Shown here: positions 26,671 through 32,000 of the stretch, piece by piece
How positions within the stretch are numbered: the first letter of the stretch is position 1
How the letters are laid out: each line of letters opens with the position of its first letter
Assembly (NCBI GenBank): GCA_000989185.1
Contig: LBNX01000001.1
Coordinates: 185,554-217,553, forward strand
Source: a candidate division TM6 bacterium GW2011_GWF2_28_16
GTDB lineage: Bacteria > Babelota > Babeliae > Babelales > UASB340
Length of the DNA: 32,000 nt
Direction of reading: 5' to 3'
Position numbers and translations under genes: made by a program
The notes under the pieces: generated by a model
The model's database searches: none
Told to the model about the DNA's origin: nothing
The model's input: only the letters and a program-made list of their open reading frames with translations

Positions 26671-26733
26671 AATAACTATAATACTACATAAATGCCCCAT
26701 TTAAAAATGCTATAGCTTTAACTAAAAAGCCTC

Positions 26734-26761
26734 TTGAAAAATTTTAATCTATTTTTATAAT
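26734..26761 (+). promoter_or_regulatory. Sigma-70-like promoter upstream of the Hsp20 gene
   Basis: (C)TTGAAA (26734-26739), a 16-nt spacer, then TATAAT (26756-26761). Confidence 0.35.
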
Positions 26762-26820
26762 TTTTAATGGGTTAGTATAAAAATAATTTTATATTTTATC
26801 TAAAAAGAAAGGGTTTATTT

Positions 26821-27519
26821 ATGAAAAAAACTAATATTTTATATTTATCGTTACTACTTGCAACTATTTGCAACACATCAAAGGCTACATCAACTTATGA
26901 TACTATGTGGGCAGAATTCGATAATTGGATGGAAGAATCAGCCAGACGTACACAAGAATTTTTAAAAGAACTTAGAGCAAATGTACAAGAAAACACAAAA
27001 GAACTTAGACAAAATATCAAAGAAAATGCTCAAGAATTTAAAGAAAACGCAAAGCACAAAGCACGAAAATTTAAAGAAACCGTAAACGATAATGTAAGCA
27101 ATATAAATACAAAATTTTTTAGTACAAATAAACAAGAAAATGCAATTATTGGCAGCACAAATATTTTTGAATCAAAAGATAGTAAAAAATGGGGCATAGA
27201 AATAAATTTACCAGGATACAAAAAAGACGAAGTTAAAGTAAAAATAGAAAGACATGGTTTTTTAACAGTAACAGCAGAATCTAAACAAGAATTAATAGAT
27301 AAAAAAGAAGACAAAGATAAAAAATATATTTACAAAAGCCAAAGCTTTTGTTCAAAGGCTTTTGCAAGAACTATAAAACTACCTAAAAATGTTGACTATA
27401 AAAATGCAAAAAATATAGAAACTTCTTATGACGAAAAAACTGGCATTCTTGAAGTTAAATTTAATAAAATTCAAGAAGAACAAGCTAAGCCAGATGTTAT
27501 TGAATTAGAATTAAAATAA
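26821..27519 (+). CDS. Hsp20/alpha-crystallin-domain small heat-shock protein with an N-terminal signal peptide
   Basis: 232 aa. The signal-like N-terminus is MKKTNILYLSLLLATICNTSKA. A Lys/Glu-rich repeat region follows. The ACD reads WGIEINLPGYKKDEVKVKIERHGFLTVTAE...FARTIKLPKNVDYKNAKNIETSYDEKTGILEVKF. Confidence 0.8.
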   Translation: MKKTNILYLSLLLATICNTSKATSTYDTMWAEFDNWMEESARRTQEFLKELRANVQENTKELRQNIKENAQEFKENAKHKARKFKETVNDNVSNINTKFFSTNKQENAIIGSTNIFESKDSKKWGIEINLPGYKKDEVKVKIERHGFLTVTAESKQELIDKKEDKDKKYIYKSQSFCSKAFARTIKLPKNVDYKNAKNIETSYDEKTGILEVKFNKIQEEQAKPDVIELELK

Positions 27520-27561
27520 GAAATTTTAAAAATAACGAGGCGCATACAAAGAAAATAGAGT

Positions 27562-27577
27562 GAGGGCGATAGCCCTC
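27562..27577. terminator. Short GC hairpin between the convergent hsp20 and higA-like genes
   Basis: gagggc-gata-gccctc, followed by T-rich sequence on both strands. Confidence 0.4.
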
Positions 27578-27580
27578 CTC

Positions 27581-27892
27581 TTAAATTTTCTTTTTAGATA
27601 TTTTTTTAGGTTCTAGCGAAAATTTAAACTCATAACCCATTGCATCCGCAAATTTGCTTAATTTAGAAAAAGATGTTGATGCATATCCACCTTGTTCTAA
27701 GCGAGCAATAGCTGGCTGCTGTAGCTTTAATTTTTTGGCAAGAGCTTGTTGTGAATATTTAGATTTAATTCTTGCTTTTATAAATTCACGAATAAGTTCA
27801 AACTCTGGACGCAATCTTTCATATTCAGCAACAAATAATTCATTTTTATTTAATTCTTTTTTAAAAGATTCAAAGTTGGGTCTTTTAGCCAT
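27581..27892 (-). CDS. XRE-family HTH antitoxin (HigA-like)
   Basis: 103 aa. The HTH reads YSQQALAKKLKLQQPAIARLEQGG. Its start overlaps the toxin stop (ATGGCTAA, 8 nt). Confidence 0.8.
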   Translation of the reverse strand: MAKRPNFESFKKELNKNELFVAEYERLRPEFELIREFIKARIKSKYSQQALAKKLKLQQPAIARLEQGGYASTSFSKLSKFADAMGYEFKFSLEPKKISKKKI

Positions 27893-28215
27893 TTTTATTC
27901 ACCTCTTTCATTCGTTTTTTCGCTAGCTCTATTTCATTTAAAGGCGTTTTTTGAGTTTTCTTTATAAAACCATTTAAAATAATTATTTTTTTATTTACTA
28001 CTATACAAAAAAAAGCTCTACCTATTCCCTCTTTGCCTTTTGCCCTAACTTCAAATAATCCCTGTCCAAATGATTTTATATGTGGCATGCCAATTTTGTT
28101 TGGCCCAAAATCTTGAATAAGCTCTATTATCCATACAAATTTAGCATTAATACCAATAGGCCAATCCATTATACTTTTTTTGACACTATCACTATAAAAA
28201 TTAACTGACCATTTC
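27885..28215 (-). CDS. RelE/HigB-superfamily toxin (phage Gp49-like, DUF891 type)
   Basis: From the ATG at 28215 with a TGGAG RBS: MKWSVNFY...GMPHIKSFGQGLFEVRAKGKEGIGRAFFCIV..KKIIILNGFIKKTQKTPLNEIELAKKRMKEV. This is the classic Gp49/HigB pattern. Confidence 0.85.
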
Positions 28216-28229
28216 ATTAAAATTAAACT

Positions 28230-28251
28230 CCAATATAACAAATTTGTTATA
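28230..28251. promoter_or_regulatory. Perfect 22-bp palindrome; candidate TA operator
   Basis: aatataacaaa/tttgttatatt lies 15 nt upstream of the toxin ATG and 3 nt downstream of the OMP gene stop. Confidence 0.55.
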
Positions 28252-28253
28252 TT

Positions 28254-29912
28254 TTAAAACTCAAAGCTTAAATTAAGATTAAGTTTAAACAATTCTTCGA
28301 TATTAACACCAGCAAAAGTATACTGAAATCCCAAGTTAAATCTAAATTTGTCATCAACTTGATAATTATAAGCAACACCAATTTTGTTTGATATAAACCA
28401 AGTACTATCTGTTAACACAGATGCATTATATTTTGTTGAATCAAAATCATGACTTATATAATCTTTAGCTCTAAAACTTAAGTCATAATAAATATCAAAA
28501 AAGCCATTTCGTGATATAAAACGCTCAAACATGTTACCTATTCTAAATAAAAATTCTGGTCTATGCGTAATTTTTACTTTTTGCACAGTATCTGAAAATA
28601 ATCTAACTGTACTATCTGGTTCATTTGTAAAAACACCATTTGCACCAAGTGCATAAATTTGCTGTTTAGGCGAAAGCAATAAATCATTAATTGGCATACC
28701 ATCTGCAGGCGTTACGCCATCATAAGAAATATATTCTGGTACGCGTCTATTAACTTTTGCAGGCAGTCCAAAAAGAGCGCTTACAAATAAATGTGGATTA
28801 AACCAGCGATTTTCTGAAAATAATACTGAGCCAAAAAATTCTAAATAATAAAAACCACCATGCCCCAATTCAGGATCCCATAACTTATTCGTGTTAATTT
28901 TTTTAGCCGTAGGCATTATAAAATTTACACCAGCAAAAACTCGCTCAGCTTCGCGCCAATCAAACTCTGCATTTAAAAATAACGACAAATCACCAATACC
29001 AGTTTCTGTGTCACTTGAATTAAGCTTTATACCCTTAGCATCTAAAATATCTATTAAAAAATTTTCTAAAGAACCATAACGCTCCATAAAATCTGGTCCT
29101 GGTAAAGCCAGAGGATCAGCAGGACAAATTTGCGCAGGGGCATAAACAGCATCTTGCAAAGTTTTTTGATCTGCAGCACTTATATCGCTAGTTAATTTTA
29201 TACTATTATGTCTACGTACGAATGGCAGCTGTAATCCAAGCGTACAATCACCTTCGTGAAAATGCCTTGCCAAATTTAAATTTAAACTTTGCTTATCATA
29301 AGATGCGTCAAAATCTAAAGCTTGATTAGCCAAAATATAATAATAATGTAATGGGTTATAATAGGCTACAGGCTGAGCCTGTGGGGCTGGCTGCCAATAA
29401 ATTTTATCTTCTTTCATTAATCTTGCAGCAAGCAAAATATCACTTAATTTAATATCACTTTTACCAAATAATAAAACAGACAAATCTTGTTTTTCGCCAC
29501 CTGAGCCAAATGATTGTGTAGCAAAATCAAAATCAAAATTTACCTGAAAAATATTTCGTTGCATAAATGGCTGTGTGTAAAATGGCCATGCAGGAGTTTT
29601 ATAAATAAAAACTTTATTATGTAAACTATCCCAAATTAATGGTTTATTTTTGTTATAAACTTTATTTTTTACATGATCTTTGGATTCATTAAAAACTGTT
29701 CTTCTAACCTGCCTGCGCGCTTTATCTTTTATATGTTTTTCATATTTTTTTGCATACTCTTTTGCATAAATTTCTTGCGAAACTATTTCTGCTAATTTTC
29801 TTTGTAAATCTTCGTAATTATCATTATCATCGACATTTTGAGTCTTTTGAGAAAAACAACTATTTACAAAAAATAAAATCACAAAAATAAATAAACTATT
29901 TTTAAGATTCAT
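28254..29912 (-). CDS. Putative outer-membrane beta-barrel protein
   Basis: 552 aa. The signal peptide is LFIFVILFFVNSCFS. A Lys-rich helical N-region is followed by alternating-hydrophobicity strands, with the C-terminal beta-signal LNLNLSFEF ending in Phe. Confidence 0.6.
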   Translation of the reverse strand: MNLKNSLFIFVILFFVNSCFSQKTQNVDDNDNYEDLQRKLAEIVSQEIYAKEYAKKYEKHIKDKARRQVRRTVFNESKDHVKNKVYNKNKPLIWDSLHNKVFIYKTPAWPFYTQPFMQRNIFQVNFDFDFATQSFGSGGEKQDLSVLLFGKSDIKLSDILLAARLMKEDKIYWQPAPQAQPVAYYNPLHYYYILANQALDFDASYDKQSLNLNLARHFHEGDCTLGLQLPFVRRHNSIKLTSDISAADQKTLQDAVYAPAQICPADPLALPGPDFMERYGSLENFLIDILDAKGIKLNSSDTETGIGDLSLFLNAEFDWREAERVFAGVNFIMPTAKKINTNKLWDPELGHGGFYYLEFFGSVLFSENRWFNPHLFVSALFGLPAKVNRRVPEYISYDGVTPADGMPINDLLLSPKQQIYALGANGVFTNEPDSTVRLFSDTVQKVKITHRPEFLFRIGNMFERFISRNGFFDIYYDLSFRAKDYISHDFDSTKYNASVLTDSTWFISNKIGVAYNYQVDDKFRFNLGFQYTFAGVNIEELFKLNLNLSFEF

Positions 29913-29940
29913 TTAATAAATCCTAACAAAAAATATTATT

Positions 29941-31149
29941 TTACTCTTCATCCAAAAGTTTTAACATAAGTTTTCTACGTTCTTTTTTCTTATCTTTTTT
30001 GGCAAGTTTTTCTATTGTTTTTATTCTTTCTTCTTTTAAGCTGGCAAGTTGTCGTCCAACTTCTTCATATATTTTTTCATCAATTTTTTGTTTAGATACA
30101 TCAAATAATGGCTTACTCTTTTTTGTCGCAACATTTGGCATTTTTGCATTATCTAATTTAGATTCTAGCGTCTTCATTCTTTTATCTAAATAATCTTTAA
30201 ATTTATTTTCAACATTATCTAAGTCTACTAATCCTTTTTTTGAAGTATTAGTAGAAGTTATTTCATCTATTTTATTTCCAAATTCTTGCATTTTTTGATC
30301 TATATATGATTGCAATTTTGCTTGTGTGGTAGAAAGTTTTTCATCCAAGCTATTAAGCATATCTTCATATTTTCTTCTAGCTTCTTGACTCTGTTCGCCA
30401 ACAGCTTTTTCTATATCATTTTCTAAAGTAGTAAATATATTTTTTAATCCACCGCTTATATTTTGGCTTAATTTATTAGAAAATCCCTGATAATCATTTT
30501 TGGTAATAAGTCTACCTATTTCGTTTCTTGAATAATCTCTTCTTGAATAATTATTTTTATTATTATTTTTATTTTCTCGAATAATTTTTATATTATTATT
30601 AACGATATTTTTTATATCTCTATCAGGAATACATGCTGTGCTAGATAATCTTGTATTTTGTTTAAATTCATTTGCAGCATAATTATTTATATCTATTAAA
30701 AAATTTAATCTTAATTTATTTTTTTCAAATTCATTTAATTTTAATTTTCTTATTAATGATACAGACAAAACATCTGCTCTTCGTACAGAATTTGCAACAA
30801 CAGATACAAATTTTTTCTTTTCTTCTACTTCTTTATAATATGAATCGCCAATATATTGAGTAGAACTTATTACATTATCAAACCATGTCTGCTGTTCTTT
30901 AAATAGCCCCAAAAAATCTTCTCTTTCTGCTTCTTGCATAGGGCCATCAACAACAATCGATTCTATAAAATTAATATCGTTATTAAAACTTTTGCTAATA
31001 TTTTCTTTCCATGCAAACGATACTGTATTCAAATCATCATTTATAACACCAGCATCATCTGGTTTTCTAAAAATTTTAAAAAAATCAAAAGAATATAAGT
31101 TATAAAAATTACAAAAAATTATTATCAAAAAAATATTTTTATTTTTCAT
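29941..31149 (-). CDS. Exported coiled-coil orphan protein
   Basis: 402 aa with a GGAG RBS and a signal peptide. It has an Asn-rich low-complexity stretch (NKNNNKNNYS), a long heptad-like Lys/Glu-rich C-terminal half, and a basic tail, KKDKKKERRK. Confidence 0.55.
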   Translation of the reverse strand: MKNKNIFLIIIFCNFYNLYSFDFFKIFRKPDDAGVINDDLNTVSFAWKENISKSFNNDINFIESIVVDGPMQEAEREDFLGLFKEQQTWFDNVISSTQYIGDSYYKEVEEKKKFVSVVANSVRRADVLSVSLIRKLKLNEFEKNKLRLNFLIDINNYAANEFKQNTRLSSTACIPDRDIKNIVNNNIKIIRENKNNNKNNYSRRDYSRNEIGRLITKNDYQGFSNKLSQNISGGLKNIFTTLENDIEKAVGEQSQEARRKYEDMLNSLDEKLSTTQAKLQSYIDQKMQEFGNKIDEITSTNTSKKGLVDLDNVENKFKDYLDKRMKTLESKLDNAKMPNVATKKSKPLFDVSKQKIDEKIYEEVGRQLASLKEERIKTIEKLAKKDKKKERRKLMLKLLDEE

Positions 31150-31170
31150 TTATCTATCTCCACATAATAA

Positions 31171-32000
31171 TCATATTCTCTGGCCACTTAAATTTATAAT
31201 AAATTGTGTTCCCCTGTTTATACCATAAACAATTCCAGTAACTGAATTATCTGCATAAATTTGGTCATTAATGTTCAATAAAACAATTAAACCGTTTTTT
31301 AATCTCAATTTTTTGTTTCCATCTTCATCATAAAAAACAGTCGAAACTGAAAGACTTGGAACTAAATTAATTAATTTGCAAACAAGATTATCAGATCTAA
31401 TATCTTCTTGAACAAAATAATTTTTTTGTAATATACCTGCAAAACCACCACCCACAACAGCAGTTACATATTCAACCATACATATACAGTCGTTAACAAT
31501 TCTACCGTTCCAATTATCCCAATCTATAGTATATTCTGGCGAACCTAAATTACGACCTATTCGCATTCGAGATTCATTTTCCATACTTAATAGGCCATCG
31601 TTATCAAAATAAAACGATTTTAAGTTTCCAGAACTTTCAACGCCATTTAATGCATTAACTTCAAAAATACCATCACCACGAATATTTAGTTGTGCACCCT
31701 GCTCAAAATCCAAAGACACTGCTGTTTTTTGTATAGAAAACAATGCTTTAATAAAACTATGTGATGCATCACCACATGGTATTCTTGTACCTAGTTGTAA
31801 TGCTGCACTTCTATCAAAAACTATATTAAAATCATCTAATATAGTATCTCCAACAATAACTTGTTGCCCTTCATCTATATCTATATGAGCTCCAGTATCT
31901 GCAATAAAGTTTGCATAACCATAAAAATGTATTGTACCACTATCTTCAACTTTCATTTTGCATGAATCATTAAAAGATATAGTTGCACGAGTACTACCCA
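31171..32000 (-). CDS. Beta-rich (beta-helix/passenger-like) protein, C-terminal part; the reading frame stays open to the right window edge
   Basis: The track starts it at the Met at 31956. The frame upstream (GSTRATISFNDSCK-MKVEDSG...) has no stop through 32000. It is Gly/Asn/Asp-rich with short repeated strand-like segments. Confidence 0.5.
   Translation of the reverse strand, partial: GSTRATISFNDSCKMKVEDSGTIHFYGYANFIADTGAHIDIDEGQQVIVGDTILDDFNIVFDRSAALQLGTRIPCGDASHSFIKALFSIQKTAVSLDFEQGAQLNIRGDGIFEVNALNGVESSGNLKSFYFDNDGLLSMENESRMRIGRNLGSPEYTIDWDNWNGRIVNDCICMVEYVTAVVGGGFAGILQKNYFVQEDIRSDNLVCKLINLVPSLSVSTVFYDEDGNKKLRLKNGLIVLLNINDQIYADNSVTGIVYGINRGTQFIINLSGQRI

Noticed and set aside
26731-26761. 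Sigma-32 heat-shock promoter upstream of hsp20
   Set aside because: The -35 matches CTTGAAA. The -10 is TATAAT with a 16-nt spacer rather than CCCCATNT at 13-14 nt. No CIRCE element is present.
9005-28241. Extended GTG/TTG starts given by the ORF track at 9016, 14033, 19246, 21436, 21596 and 28241, and the alternative ATG at 26700
   Set aside because: In each case an ATG a few codons downstream is better placed relative to an RBS-like element. It also yields a canonical MKK-type signal peptide or a canonical family N-terminus.
5231-30863. Other short antisense ORFs in the track: 5231-5437, 6150-6395, 10768-10986, 13607-13831, 15793-16107, 16117-16302, 19448-19630, 20052-20297, 20588-20815, 22516-22740, 24929-25273, 27030-27314, 27654-27926, 28891-29079, 29999-30193, 30672-30863
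   Set aside because: Each lies wholly or largely inside, or antisense to, a longer ORF with clear family motifs or a signal peptide. None has a convincing RBS or a recognisable motif.

Overview
This is a visibly AT-rich (by eye about 30% GC), densely coding bacterial chromosome segment that uses the standard genetic code. All calls come from reading the sequence and from recalled family motifs; no database search was run.

Housekeeping genes:
- A class-B PBP fragment at the left edge, which is not in the ORF track.
- A XerC/D-type recombinase, nth, thrS and a PIN-PhoH2 ATPase.
- A tight minus-strand operon, rapZ-ftsB-lysS-recJ-cmk.
- An S41 C-terminal processing protease, a tRNA-His/Pro/Arg cluster, rdgB/HAM1 and uvrA.

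Accessory content:
- A REP-associated tyrosine transposase (RAYT) flanked by exact inverted GC-rich REP hairpin pairs.
- A HigB/HigA-like toxin-antitoxin pair with a perfect palindromic operator.
- Many orphan genes with N-terminal signal peptides. These include a PPP-type Ser/Thr phosphatase, an HExxH protein, a BNR/Asp-box sialidase-like protein, an ankyrin-like protein, an exported Hsp20 and several helical orphans.
- A three-gene envelope cluster that runs off the right edge: a beta-rich protein, a coiled-coil protein and an outer-membrane barrel.

The gene mix suggests an obligately host-associated lineage (Dependentiae/TM6-like or similar). This is inference only.

I see no rRNA, CRISPR array, prophage or recognisable defence island, and nothing I can defend as a clear-cut new system. 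The best leads are the right-edge envelope cluster, the RAYT/REP element with REP-linked duplicated promoter modules, a UvrA lacking its insertion domain, and the signal-peptide-bearing sHSP.
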